In this document: piece after piece, positions 16,756 to 26,178 of the stretch
How positions within the stretch are numbered: the stretch's first letter is position 1
How the letters are laid out: each line of letters begins with the position of its first letter
Source of the DNA: an uncultured Candidatus Saccharibacteria bacterium
GTDB lineage: Bacteria > Patescibacteriota > WWE3 > JAUXAW01 > JAYEID01
Length of the DNA stretch: 31,137 bases
Assembly: GCA_964581885.1 (NCBI GenBank)
Contig: CAZOPS010000004.1
Location: forward strand, 1 to 31,137
Reading direction: 5' to 3'
Position numbers and translations under genes: made by a program
Notes under the pieces: generated by a model
The model's database searches: none
What the model was told of the DNA's origin: nothing
Seen by the model: the letters and a program-made list of their open reading frames with translations, nothing else

Positions 16756-17898
16756 ATGAAAGTTGCTCTAGTTCACGATGACTTAATACAACACGGAGGT
16801 GCCGAACGCGTTTTTGAAGCTTTAATAAATATTTTTCCAAAGCCAGATATTTATACTAGTATGGCAACGCAGCACTATTTGGAAAAGTATAAGGAGTATG
16901 ACCTACGTACATCTTTTATGCAGCACCTTCCTTTTAAAAAGAGGTTGTTTCGGACTTATTTTCCTCTATATCCTCTTGCTTTTGAAACTTTTGACTTTTC
17001 TCAATATGATTTAGTTATATCGTCATCTTCCCGCTTTGCTCATTCCATAGTTACTCGCCCTGAGACAACTCATGTATGTTATATGCACAGCCCGGGCCGC
17101 CAGTTCTGGGAGCAAGATATTTATTTTCAAGAGTACCCGCGTTTGGGTAAGGTTTTGACACCGCTTTTGTCGTGGTTTAGATGTTGGGACTTTTCTGTTG
17201 CTCACAGAGTAGATTATTTCATTGCTAATTCCAAGAGTACACAAGACCGGATTGATAAATACTATAGTCGAAAATCAAAAATAATCCATCCTTTTGTGGA
17301 CTTGGATAGATTCAGTTTAGGATGGCATGGCAACAAGGAGATAAAGGAACAGTGGGCGCAGTTTTGTGCGGATAAGGGTATAGCGGATTGCCCGCCCGGC
17401 TTTTTCTTAATTGTTTCGCGTCTTGCTGCTTGGAAACGCATTGATATTGCAGTAAAAGCATGCAATAAGTTGAAGCAGCCGTTGGTTATTGTGGGAGAAG
17501 GCCCTGACCAAAAAAGGCTTAGGAAGATAGCGGGACCTACTGTGCGTGTGTTGGGTCGACTTTCAGATAAGGATGTGTTAAATTGTTTTCAAGCTTGCAA
17601 AGCTCTTATTTTTCCTCAACGCGAGGATTTTGGGATAACTCCGTTGGAGGCGATGGCTTGTGGGAAGCCTGTATTAGCGTATAAGACTGGTGGTGCTTTG
17701 GAAACTATTCTTCCGGGTGAAACGGGAGAATTTTTTTACCCCCAAACTGTGCGAGCCTTGGCTGACGCAATTTCACATTTTGATGCGCGAAGATTTAGAC
17801 CGCAAGTTTGCCGGGAACAGGCAGCTAAGTTTGGCCGGGAAAGCTTTGAGGATAAATTTAAGGATTTTATTGCGCGAATAATGAGCTCCGGCAATTAG
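16756..17898 (+). CDS. GT4 glycosyltransferase
   Basis: KVALVHDDL...GGAERV, SRLAAWKRID, EDFGITPLEAMACGKPV. Confidence 0.93.
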   Translation: MKVALVHDDLIQHGGAERVFEALINIFPKPDIYTSMATQHYLEKYKEYDLRTSFMQHLPFKKRLFRTYFPLYPLAFETFDFSQYDLVISSSSRFAHSIVTRPETTHVCYMHSPGRQFWEQDIYFQEYPRLGKVLTPLLSWFRCWDFSVAHRVDYFIANSKSTQDRIDKYYSRKSKIIHPFVDLDRFSLGWHGNKEIKEQWAQFCADKGIADCPPGFFLIVSRLAAWKRIDIAVKACNKLKQPLVIVGEGPDQKRLRKIAGPTVRVLGRLSDKDVLNCFQACKALIFPQREDFGITPLEAMACGKPVLAYKTGGALETILPGETGEFFYPQTVRALADAISHFDARRFRPQVCREQAAKFGRESFEDKFKDFIARIMSSGN

Positions 17899-17913
17899 TT
17901 GTAGACTTTTAAG

Positions 17914-18540
17914 ATGTTTTATACAGTTGCAAAAAGAATTTTGGATATAATTATTGCTACTTTGGCACTTATTGTTGGCTTTCCACTTTTTCTTTTAGTT
18001 TCTTTAGCTATTTGGTTAGAAGATCACGGGTCTATTATTTATTCGCAAGTGCGGGTTGGAAAAGATAGAGCCCCCTTCCGTATTTATAAGTTTCGCTCAA
18101 TGGTCGAAGATGCAGATGAAATTCTCTTTTCTAATCCTAAGTTATATGAGAAAATGCGGAGTGGCTCACATAAGGTGGAGAACGACCCCCGAGTTACTAG
18201 GGTGGGGAGGTTTATTAGAAAATATAGTATTGATGAGTTTCCGCAATTTTTAAATGTTTTAAAAGGGGAGATGGGTTTTGTTGGTCCCCGCGCTTACCGG
18301 CCTGATGAGCTAAAAAAGTGTGAAAGTGAGTGGCCTGAGCGTAAGAAACAATTAGAGCATATTCTTAGAGTTAAACCGGGTATAACTGGGTTGTGGCAAG
18401 TGAGCGGTCGTTCAAATTTAAGTTTTGAGGAGCGGCTAGATTTAGAAGAACGTTATGCGTTGAGTCATTCACTGCTTTTGGATCTTTTTATTATACTTAA
18501 AACACCTATTGCTGTTATTAAAGCTGAAGGTGCTGTTTAA
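17914..18540 (+). CDS. Priming sugar transferase (Bac_transf; WcaJ/CpsE-like polyprenyl glycosylphosphotransferase catalytic domain)
   Basis: KRILDI, YKFRSM, DPRVTRVGRFIRKYSIDEFPQFLNVLKGEM..VGPR, KPGITGLWQVSGR. Confidence 0.95.
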   Translation: MFYTVAKRILDIIIATLALIVGFPLFLLVSLAIWLEDHGSIIYSQVRVGKDRAPFRIYKFRSMVEDADEILFSNPKLYEKMRSGSHKVENDPRVTRVGRFIRKYSIDEFPQFLNVLKGEMGFVGPRAYRPDELKKCESEWPERKKQLEHILRVKPGITGLWQVSGRSNLSFEERLDLEERYALSHSLLLDLFIILKTPIAVIKAEGAV

Positions 18541-18545
18541 TTTAG

Positions 18546-20459
18546 ATGATTAAAGATTTATCGCAAGTTAGAAAACGGAAAGTAAGAAGACGGGAGCAGG
18601 GCAGACTTGTTCTTAAAAAGTCTCTCCTTGGTTTGTTTGGGGTACTTCTTGTGCTTGGTTTGATATTTTTCCAGTTTGTATTCGTTCCGGCTAAAGAGGT
18701 TCTTTCTTCAGTTAGAAAGGTTCAGGCACACCAAAAGCCTCTTAAAGATGCTTTTCTTTTGCAAGATCTTGTTAGGGCCAGGGAAGAATTAGATTCAGTG
18801 GAGCAAGATTTGGTCGAGGTTGACGAAAAGGCGCGTCGGTTATCCTGGCTTCGGTTTGTGCCTATTGCTCGCGGGTACTACCTAGACGGGCAGCGGGTAA
18901 TTAAGTCTTCCTACCATGCTTTATCGGCGGGAAGGGAGCTCATGGATGCAATTGAACCTGTGGCTGGAAGTTTGGGGTTAAAGACTGCAAGGGATCAGGA
19001 AGTAGTAGAGATGAGCATGGAAGACCGGATGTCTAGTACTATCAGAGTATTGCCAACCTTGGCAGATAATTTGGAGGAGTTGAGGCCAGAGTTAGTGGCT
19101 ATTCAGGAAGAAATGTCTGGAATAAGCGTTTCTCGCTATCCTAGATTTTTACATATTGAGGGTCAAAGCGTTCGAGAGTTAGTTGAATCTGCGAAATTGT
19201 ATTCTGAGGAATTTGATTCTACACTTCCTAGAGTCCAGAAAACAATGAGAATACTTCCTGCTGTTTTCGGATTTCATACTCCTAAAAGGTACGCTGTTCT
19301 TTTCCAAAATGATAAAGAATTAAGGCCAACGGGAGGTTTTTGGACCGCCTATGCCTTAGTTAGTATGAATGAGGGTAAGATGACAAATCTTCGTTCTGGT
19401 GACATGTATTTTGTTGATTACCGGATTGATAATAAAGAGCCTGCTCCGGCTGTCTACCAGCGTTTTTTAAAGGTGGATCATTGGTTTATTCGGGATTCAA
19501 ATCTTTCTCCAGATTTTAAAGTTGCGTCGCAGAAGTTTCTTAATTTATGGTCTCAAGCTCAAGCGGGTGTTTCAGAGCAGGCTCGGAATATAAACCAAAT
19601 AGAAGGACCCTTGCCAAATGTAGATGGTGTAATTGCATTAGACACAGAACTGGTAGCAGGTCTTCTTGGTGTTTTGGGAGACGTAACGGTAGATGGGGAA
19701 ACCTACACCAGTGATAATGTGGTTTTGGAGCTAGAAAAGGAGGCAAATATTGAAAAAAAGGAGCGAGAAGGTAGAAAAGCTTTAATTGGGCAACTAATGG
19801 ATGCTATGTTTGACAAAGCATTCAATGCGCCCAAAAACGCGTGGGATGATGTGGTGGTTTCTATTATTAAGCAAGCTAACCAGAAGCATTTGTTGATGTA
19901 CTTTAAAGACTCAGAATCACAGGAATGGGTAGAGACTATGAACTGGGCGGGTCGGATTAGAGATTATGACGGAGACTATCTTCAAGTTAACGAGGCTAAC
20001 CTTGGCGGTGCAAAGGCTAATCTTTATGTAACGCGTGAAGTAACCCAAAAAGTGGAGAAAAAGGATGGGAGATGGTATAAAACCGTGACAATTGATTTTG
20101 AAAATCCCGAGCCTGCTGATGGCTGGTTAAACGCCCCCTACCAGTCGTATATCCGGTTGTTGGTTCCGGAAGGTTCTGAACTAGTTTCTATTGAGGGAGG
20201 AAAAGAAGCTGTACCGCAAGAATCCTTTTTTGATGAGGAGACTGGAAAACAAGTTTTAGCTGCTTTTAATGTGACTGACCCTTTGGGCTCCTCACAGCTA
20301 ATTTTTAAGTACTATTTGCCAGGGGGCTTCTTGGAAAAAGAAAACTATCGAATACTTATTCAGAAGCAGCCAGGGAAAGATTCCCCGGATTATAAAATAA
20401 CTGTTGGTGGGAAAACAGAGAAATTTTCCTTGGTTGAGGATAAAGAATTGGAATTTTGA
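18546..20459 (+). CDS. DUF4012-domain membrane-anchored protein
   Basis: N-terminal TM segment, helical stalk, YAVLFQNDKELRPTGGF, RDSNLSPDF, NEANLGGAKAN. Confidence 0.8.
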   Translation: MIKDLSQVRKRKVRRREQGRLVLKKSLLGLFGVLLVLGLIFFQFVFVPAKEVLSSVRKVQAHQKPLKDAFLLQDLVRAREELDSVEQDLVEVDEKARRLSWLRFVPIARGYYLDGQRVIKSSYHALSAGRELMDAIEPVAGSLGLKTARDQEVVEMSMEDRMSSTIRVLPTLADNLEELRPELVAIQEEMSGISVSRYPRFLHIEGQSVRELVESAKLYSEEFDSTLPRVQKTMRILPAVFGFHTPKRYAVLFQNDKELRPTGGFWTAYALVSMNEGKMTNLRSGDMYFVDYRIDNKEPAPAVYQRFLKVDHWFIRDSNLSPDFKVASQKFLNLWSQAQAGVSEQARNINQIEGPLPNVDGVIALDTELVAGLLGVLGDVTVDGETYTSDNVVLELEKEANIEKKEREGRKALIGQLMDAMFDKAFNAPKNAWDDVVVSIIKQANQKHLLMYFKDSESQEWVETMNWAGRIRDYDGDYLQVNEANLGGAKANLYVTREVTQKVEKKDGRWYKTVTIDFENPEPADGWLNAPYQSYIRLLVPEGSELVSIEGGKEAVPQESFFDEETGKQVLAAFNVTDPLGSSQLIFKYYLPGGFLEKENYRILIQKQPGKDSPDYKITVGGKTEKFSLVEDKELEF

Positions 20460-20575
20460 GCAGTTTTGGGGTTGGGTTGCTCCTGGCTGGAAATTTTTTC
20501 TTAAATACTGTATAATATTTTTGCTCCAGGCTGTTTATTCTACATTTACTGCCGTATTTACTGCCGTGCTAATTT

Positions 20576-21355
20576 ATGCCTACCTATCGTGCAGAAGGAC
20601 TAGTAATTAAGAGGACTAGTTACTCTGAGGCTGATCAAATTTTGACAGTTTTTACTAAAAATAGAGGGAAGGTGTCAGCTATTGCCAAAGGGTCTCGCAA
20701 GTTAACTTCAAGAAAAGGTGGTCATCTCGAACTTCTTAATCATTCAATTTTCTCAATTGCAGAAGGAAAAAGTTTAGATGTTATCGCTGAGGTTGAGACT
20801 GTCGAACCGTTTTCTAATATAAAATCAAATTTAGAAAAAGCTAGTTTTGGCCATTATTTGGCGGAGTTTATAAATGAGTTTCTGCCTGATGGATTGAAGA
20901 GTTATTCCTTTTTTCGGTTGTGTTTGATGGCTTTGGGTTTTTTAAATGATGCTGAGGAGAAAAGCTCGCAGGTGCTTGTTCATTCTTTCGAATTGAAGGC
21001 TTTGGCAGAGTTAGGATTTGCTCCTGAAATAAGGAAATGTGTTCTTTGCCAGCACCCGCTGACGTGGGGAGAAAAGAATTCTTTTTCTCCAAAGTATGGC
21101 GGCGTTGTTTGTTCTCGTTGTAGTAACGGCGAAGGTTTTTGCTTGGACGAAGACCTTGCCGAGTTGTTGCGTGAGGTTGCTTGTTTGCCTTGGAAAAAAG
21201 TGGATCGGATAAAAGTTCAGGAAAGACCCTTGGACCAGTTGGGGCTTATTACGCGTTCCTATATTGAGTATGTGCTGGAGAAGCGTTTAAAGTCTCCGAG
21301 CCTTCTGGAAAAAATTCGAAATGGACATTTTGATCCACATAAGGCCGAGGGTTGA
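20576..21355 (+). CDS. recO: DNA repair protein RecO
   Basis: YSEADQILTVFT..RGKVSAIAKG.RK; Zn finger CVLC...SPKYGGVVCSRC. Confidence 0.95.
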   Translation: MPTYRAEGLVIKRTSYSEADQILTVFTKNRGKVSAIAKGSRKLTSRKGGHLELLNHSIFSIAEGKSLDVIAEVETVEPFSNIKSNLEKASFGHYLAEFINEFLPDGLKSYSFFRLCLMALGFLNDAEEKSSQVLVHSFELKALAELGFAPEIRKCVLCQHPLTWGEKNSFSPKYGGVVCSRCSNGEGFCLDEDLAELLREVACLPWKKVDRIKVQERPLDQLGLITRSYIEYVLEKRLKSPSLLEKIRNGHFDPHKAEG

Positions 21356-21395
21356 CTTTCGCTGGAGCTCATGCTAGGTTCGGTTTAGTTAAATA

Positions 21396-21590
21396 GTGGT
21401 AGTGAAAGGGAGTAGTAGGGAACAGTCTTTTTGAACAGAGATTTGTTAGATGCTGAAAATACAGACAAGTGAGAGTTCATGAAGGCGCTTCTGAACCACG
21501 ACCCAATGGTGATGTTCTGGGTTTGGACCGGGAAAATTGGGGGTGGAACCGTTCGATAGTTGTCCCCAAAGGCTGGGGACTTTATTATTT
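21396..21590 (+). ncRNA. T-box riboswitch, glycine specifier
   Basis: Stem I base GTGGT/ACCAC (21396-21400/21495-21499), AGAGA (21437), GCTG box (21452), GAA-GGC specifier (GGC 21484-21486), T-box GGG-TGGAACC-G (bulge 21544-21550), terminator GTCCCCA/TGGGGAC plus U-rich tract; directly upstream of GlyRS. Confidence 0.85.
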
Positions 21591-21601
21591 ATTAAGTACC
21601 A

Positions 21602-22978
21602 ATGTCAGAGTCTAAATTAATGGAAAAAATCATAGCGCTTTGCAAGCGGCGCGGTTTTGTTTATCCTGGTTCGGAAATATATGGGGGGCTGGCTAATAGT
21701 TATTGTTATGGTCCTTTGGGGGTTGAGCTTGTGAGAAACATAAAGAATCATTGGTGGAAAACTTTTGTTCACCAACGCCCAGAAGTGTTTGGTATTAGTT
21801 CTAGTATTATAATGCATCCCAAGGTCTGGGAGGCTTCAGGACATATTACGAGCTTTAATGATGCTTTGGTAGAGTGCTTGGAGTGCCACAGTCGGTTCCG
21901 GGCCGACCATTTAGTTGAAGAAGAGTTGGATCTAAAAGTAGAGGGGAAGTCACCCGCGGAGTTAGAAGAGTTAATGCATGAGGTTGATATTACTTGTCCT
22001 TCTTGCGGAGGGAGGGAATTTACTCCTCCGCGGAAGTTTAATCTGTTGTTTGAGACAAAGTTGGGAAGTGTGCAGGATGAATCTTCCACTGTTTATTTAC
22101 GCGGTGAAACAGCACAAGGGATGTTTGTAGCATATAAAAATGTTTTGGATTCTGTGCATCCTAATCTCCCTTTTGGAATAGCCCAGATTGGAAAAGCTTT
22201 TCGTAACGAAATTACTTTGGGCAATTTTATTTTTAGAACATTTGAATTTGAACAGATGGAAATTGAGTATTTTGTCCGGCAGGAGGACTGGGAAGTCTGT
22301 TTTGAACAATGGCAAGAGTTGATGTGGAATTGGCTTGTTAATCTAGGAGTTTCGAAAGATAAGCTTCGTTGGAGAAGGCATACTGCAGATGAGCTTTCAC
22401 ATTATTCGGAAAGAACTGAGGATGTGGAGTATGAATTTCCTTTTGGTGGTTTCAAAGAGCTTTATGGTTTAGCCTACCGGACCGATTATGATCTCAAGCA
22501 GCACAAAAAATATTCTGGTGTTGATTTGCGCTACCAACACCAGCAAACCGGTGAGAAGTTTTTTCCTCATGTGGTAGAGCCTACTTTTGGAGTTGGGCGA
22601 ACTCTTTTGGTTCTCCTTTTAGAAGCTTATAGGGAGGATGGTGATAGAAAAGTTCTTTCACTAGATCCTAAGATTGCGCCCTACCAGGTTGCTGTCTTTC
22701 CTCTGGTTTCTAACAAAGAGGATATTGTAGGTAAGGCTCGCGATGTTTTTGCAATGCTAAGTTCCCACTATCATGTAGCTTGGGATGATCGCGGGAATAT
22801 TGGGAAGCGTTACTATTCGCAGGATGAAATCGGAACGCCTTGGTGTGTAACTATCGATTATGATACTTTGGATGATGACAGTGTGACTATTCGTGATCGT
22901 GATACTACAAAGCAGGTTCGAGTTAAGATTAGTAGCCTTAAAAATTGGTTTTCTGAACAGTTATCGACTGCAAAGTAG
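21602..22978 (+). CDS. glyQS: Glycine--tRNA ligase, alpha2 (homodimeric) type
   Basis: LCKRRGF...EIYGG, LRGETAQG, GKAFRNEIT..NFIFRTFEFEQME, ELYGLAYRTDYDL, VEPTFG, GKRY..QDEIGTP. Confidence 0.97.
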   Translation: MSESKLMEKIIALCKRRGFVYPGSEIYGGLANSYCYGPLGVELVRNIKNHWWKTFVHQRPEVFGISSSIIMHPKVWEASGHITSFNDALVECLECHSRFRADHLVEEELDLKVEGKSPAELEELMHEVDITCPSCGGREFTPPRKFNLLFETKLGSVQDESSTVYLRGETAQGMFVAYKNVLDSVHPNLPFGIAQIGKAFRNEITLGNFIFRTFEFEQMEIEYFVRQEDWEVCFEQWQELMWNWLVNLGVSKDKLRWRRHTADELSHYSERTEDVEYEFPFGGFKELYGLAYRTDYDLKQHKKYSGVDLRYQHQQTGEKFFPHVVEPTFGVGRTLLVLLLEAYREDGDRKVLSLDPKIAPYQVAVFPLVSNKEDIVGKARDVFAMLSSHYHVAWDDRGNIGKRYYSQDEIGTPWCVTIDYDTLDDDSVTIRDRDTTKQVRVKISSLKNWFSEQLSTAK

Positions 22979-23112
22979 CTTTTAGTGAGCAACTCCTTAC
23001 TTTTTGTTCTGATCGGTTAAATTCTAAAATCAGCCGCGGTTTTTTGTTGTTTAGGTCTAAAATAAGTAATTGCAGTTGGGGCTAGGAACACAGTGTTTTT
23101 AGTTAGTGTAAT

Positions 23113-23916
23113 ATGGGTATATTTTCAAACCTTGCGGAAAAAGGTCTAGAATCCTTCTTTTCTACTATTGGGTTTCGTGAGTCATTAATTGATGATGATA
23201 GTGCAGTATTGCCTTATATTGAAGCTACTTTGCAAGATACTCCATTTTCTGATCTTGAATTAGGTGCCAAGGTTCCAGGAAGATACTATGAACATGCAGT
23301 CCGATTCTTGGGTGATAACCATATTGTTAAATTTGTAAGGCCAGGGCCAGCGGAAATAATGAAAAAATGGTTGGACAGGTTGTATGAGCAGAAGCTTATT
23401 TTGGAACGCTATCTGTCGCAAAATCTCCCTTCCTTTAGTTACTTTTATGTGCCTGTAAGGGTTGATCAAGCTGGAGATAGGGAGATTAGACAGACTTTTA
23501 ACCAGTCTGGCTGTGAGCTGGCTACTTATGCTTTAGTAATGCAGCGTGTGGATGGACAGCCCCTTTATGAATTGTCTGATAAGGAGATTTTTTCTAGTAA
23601 GGTAGTGGTAAAAAATCTAATTCGCTTTTTGGATAGAAATAGAGAAATGCGCAAGAAGCAAGGTCTTTTTGCAGATCTGGTTGGTGGGGAGGGTTTGCAC
23701 ATTTTAGATCCCCGTTATACAGGTAATATTTATGTGACAGATCAAGGTGGTGTGGATCTGGTGGATACGGTGCTAATTCCTTCAAAGTATTTACCGGATA
23801 GTATGCCTTCTAAGTATAGGTTTGCTAAGCTTTACCATTTTTGTTATCGAACTCTTGTTTTGCCCCGGGAAAATCGATTTTATACCCACCTCAAAAAAGC
23901 TTTAGCTAGTAACTAG
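23113..23916 (+). CDS. Hypothetical protein with a possible protein-kinase-like fold
   Basis: IVKF, LVMQRVDG, ADL...GNIYV...DLVD occur in kinase subdomain order. Confidence 0.45.
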   Translation: MGIFSNLAEKGLESFFSTIGFRESLIDDDSAVLPYIEATLQDTPFSDLELGAKVPGRYYEHAVRFLGDNHIVKFVRPGPAEIMKKWLDRLYEQKLILERYLSQNLPSFSYFYVPVRVDQAGDREIRQTFNQSGCELATYALVMQRVDGQPLYELSDKEIFSSKVVVKNLIRFLDRNREMRKKQGLFADLVGGEGLHILDPRYTGNIYVTDQGGVDLVDTVLIPSKYLPDSMPSKYRFAKLYHFCYRTLVLPRENRFYTHLKKALASN

Positions 23917-24096
23917 CAATTCCGCGTGCAGCTTTCCGTATACTGCCCTCCGCGCTACGCTATGGATCCACGCTGATTTATAGCCGATTCTCGCTGATAT
24001 GATTTCTTCTTATTTATTATCCCTTATTTTCTATTTCTTATCTCCTATCTCTCTTATTTTCACGCTTCTGATCACAAATTTCTCTTGTTTTGAGTC

Positions 24097-24116
24097 CCTG
24101 CCTGCCGGCAGGCAGG
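24097..24116. repeat. Perfect 20-bp palindrome
   Basis: CCTGCCTGCC|GGCAGGCAGG. Confidence 0.9.
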
Positions 24117-24131
24117 CCTGCCCGCCTTCTT

Positions 24132-24245
24132 ATTCGCATTAATTTGCTATACCAATTCGCATCAATTCGCTATATCAATTCGCATCAATTCGCTATACCA
24201 ATTCGCATCAATTCGCTATATCAATTCGCATTAATTAGCTATCTA
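24132..24245. repeat. 23-nt tandem repeat, 5 units
   Basis: Unit attcgcatca+attcgctata(c/t)ca; c and t alternate across units 1-4, and the terminal units are degenerate. Confidence 0.9.
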
Positions 24246-24255
24246 GTTAAAGTAC

Positions 24256-24310
24256 TTGACACCCTAATTAAATTTAAGATAGAGTGGTGACACGTGGTGA
24301 TTAGTGGTGA
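24256..24310 (+). promoter_or_regulatory. dcw promoter with three MraZ boxes
   Basis: TTGACA (24256-24261), an 18-nt spacer, TAGAGT (24280-24285); GTGGTGA at 24284, 24294 and 24304 (10-nt period), matching the known MraZ direct-repeat architecture. Confidence 0.75.
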
Positions 24311-24409
24311 TTTTTCAAGTATGGTTTTTGATTTGACCACATTGTCATCTGTTGCTAACGTTCGCTAAGTATTTGAGACCTAATAGCCAACAGCAGAAGA
24401 AGTTTAACT

Positions 24410-24841
24410 ATGCTAATTGGAGAGCACATTTATAAGTTGGGAAAAAAGGGTCGTGTTGCTTTGCCCAAAGCATTTCGCAAGGAGCTTGGTCAAGAAATTA
24501 TTGTGACCCGTGGGTATGAGGGCTGTCTAATTGTAGTGTCTCCGTCTCAGTGGGAAGAGCTTTTAAACGAGGCAGCTACTGGCCCTTTCGTTTCTGAATC
24601 AGTGCGAGACACGTCAAGATTTCTTTTGGGGGGCGCAGCCGAGGTTGAGTTAGATAATCAGGGAAGGTTTGTAGTACCGCCTTCCTTACGTTCATATGCG
24701 GAGCTTGGTAAGGAGGTGTGCTTTTTGGGGCTTGGTCGTTGGGTTGAAATTTGGGATAAGGAAAGGTGGCAAGAACGTCGCGGCTATCTTGCTAAAGAGG
24801 CAGGAAGCATCGCAGAAAAACTAGCAAATCTAGAAGTCTAA
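24410..24841 (+). CDS. mraZ: Division/cell wall cluster transcriptional repressor MraZ
   Basis: GEH...KGRVALPK.FR, RG.EGCL, ELDNQGRFVVP..LR.YA, GLGRWVEIW. Confidence 0.96.
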   Translation: MLIGEHIYKLGKKGRVALPKAFRKELGQEIIVTRGYEGCLIVVSPSQWEELLNEAATGPFVSESVRDTSRFLLGGAAEVELDNQGRFVVPPSLRSYAELGKEVCFLGLGRWVEIWDKERWQERRGYLAKEAGSIAEKLANLEV

Positions 24842-24890
24842 AATTCTGTTCCGTCCTGGCGGTAAACGGAGAGCGGTAAGCTGATAGCTG

Positions 24891-25823
24891 ATGAATTTTC
24901 ACATACCAGTACTTTTAAAAGAATCTCTTGAATTTTTAAATGTTAGAGAAGGAGAAAAATATATTGATGCAACTGTTGGTGGTGGGGGTCATACAGCTGC
25001 GATCTTGGAACAAGGAGGTTTGGTTTTAGGAATAGATATTGATCCGGAAGCATTGCGGTATGCTCGGAAAACTTTGAGTGCAAAGTTTCCAGACGCTGAG
25101 GCTCAGTATTCTTTTGTAAAGGGTAATTTCAGGAATATTGACAAGATAGTTAAGAAGCACGGTTTCAAAGAGGTAGCAGGAATTATTTTTGATTTGGGAA
25201 TGTCTTCCTGGCAGATAGATAAATCGGATCGAGGATTTAGTTTTCTGCGAGAGTCTAATTTAGATATGCGCATGGACCCTTCTTTGTCTGTTAAGGCTGA
25301 GGATCTGTTGGCTGGATTAACTGTAAGTGAGTTGGAAAAACTTTTTTCAAAATATGCACAGGAACGGGATGCGAAAAAGTTTGCGAGTGCTATTGTTCGC
25401 GCCCGCGAGACAAGAAAAATAAGAACTACGAGAGAATTTTCAGGATTACTGGCATGGGTAGAACAAGGAGGATCAAAGAGTTTTTGGGAGTGGTATGAGC
25501 GTGAATTTGAAAACAAACCTAATAAATTTGGGAGTTACGATCGAAGGGCCCGTTTTTTTCAAGCGTTACGGATTGCGGTAAACGACGAAATTAACAGTCT
25601 TAAAGAAGCACTGCCCCGGGCCCTTCGAATTTTAAAATCTTCTGGGCGGTTGGTAATTATAACCTTTCATTCACTGGAAAGGGAAGTGGTTGAAAACTTT
25701 TACAAAAAGCATGAACCTTCTTTGCTAAATCTGACTCCGCGGGGTCAAAAGCCCAGTGCGGAAGAGATTGAAATGAATCCGAGAGCGAGAAGTGCTGTGG
25801 TGTTTGCCTATGAAAAAAATTAA
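24891..25823 (+). CDS. rsmH: 16S rRNA m4C1402 methyltransferase RsmH
   Basis: HIPVLL.E, DATVGGGGH, FDLGMSSWQ, LDMRMD, FQALRIAVNDE, ITFHSLE, NPRARSA. Confidence 0.97.
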   Translation: MNFHIPVLLKESLEFLNVREGEKYIDATVGGGGHTAAILEQGGLVLGIDIDPEALRYARKTLSAKFPDAEAQYSFVKGNFRNIDKIVKKHGFKEVAGIIFDLGMSSWQIDKSDRGFSFLRESNLDMRMDPSLSVKAEDLLAGLTVSELEKLFSKYAQERDAKKFASAIVRARETRKIRTTREFSGLLAWVEQGGSKSFWEWYEREFENKPNKFGSYDRRARFFQALRIAVNDEINSLKEALPRALRILKSSGRLVIITFHSLEREVVENFYKKHEPSLLNLTPRGQKPSAEEIEMNPRARSAVVFAYEKN

Positions 25824-26124
25824 ATTTAAAGTACCAAAAATAGGATTACTTACATTTAAAAACCTGCTAATTTTTGTGGCAGTAGTGCTCGGCATTACTC
25901 AGATCTTTCTTTCTTGTAGCTTGTCCACTTATGGTGAGGAAATTGAGACTCTTTCTCGACAGCAAACTGAACTCCGCCGCGAAAATCAGAATTTGGAAAA
26001 TAAACTGGCTAACCTTTCTTCTCTTTCCTATATTCGCCAGCAAGCCGAGGACGAATTGGGAATGCATCAGCCAGACGTGGAAGTTTTCCCCTCACGTCGG
26101 CTAGCTCAGGGAAATTCTCAATAA
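25810..26124 (+). CDS. ftsL: FtsL-like cell division protein
   Basis: Lies between rsmH and ftsI; basic N-terminus, one TM segment, coiled coil, then IRQQAEDELGM. The ATG at 25810 is preferred over 25792. Confidence 0.7.
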   Translation: MKKIKFKVPKIGLLTFKNLLIFVAVVLGITQIFLSCSLSTYGEEIETLSRQQTELRRENQNLENKLANLSSLSYIRQQAEDELGMHQPDVEVFPSRRLAQGNSQ

Positions 26125-26178
26125 AATTAAGCTTTTAGATTTTAGTAGCTAGGTAGTCAACAGTATATTTAAGTTAGT

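Noticed and set aside
24132-24245. 23-nt repeats as a CRISPR array
   Set aside because: The units are contiguous with no unique spacers, and no cas genes are in the window.
24090-24290. 66-aa ORF (MSPCLPAGRPARLLIRINLLYQFASIR...)
   Set aside because: A translation of the palindrome and tandem repeat, starting at TTG; no evidence it is a gene.
25440-25550. Unusual RsmH segment (GGSKSFWEWYEREFENKPNKFGSYDRR) as another palindromic insertion
   Set aside because: No hairpin or periodicity in the DNA; it corresponds to a naturally variable RsmH loop.
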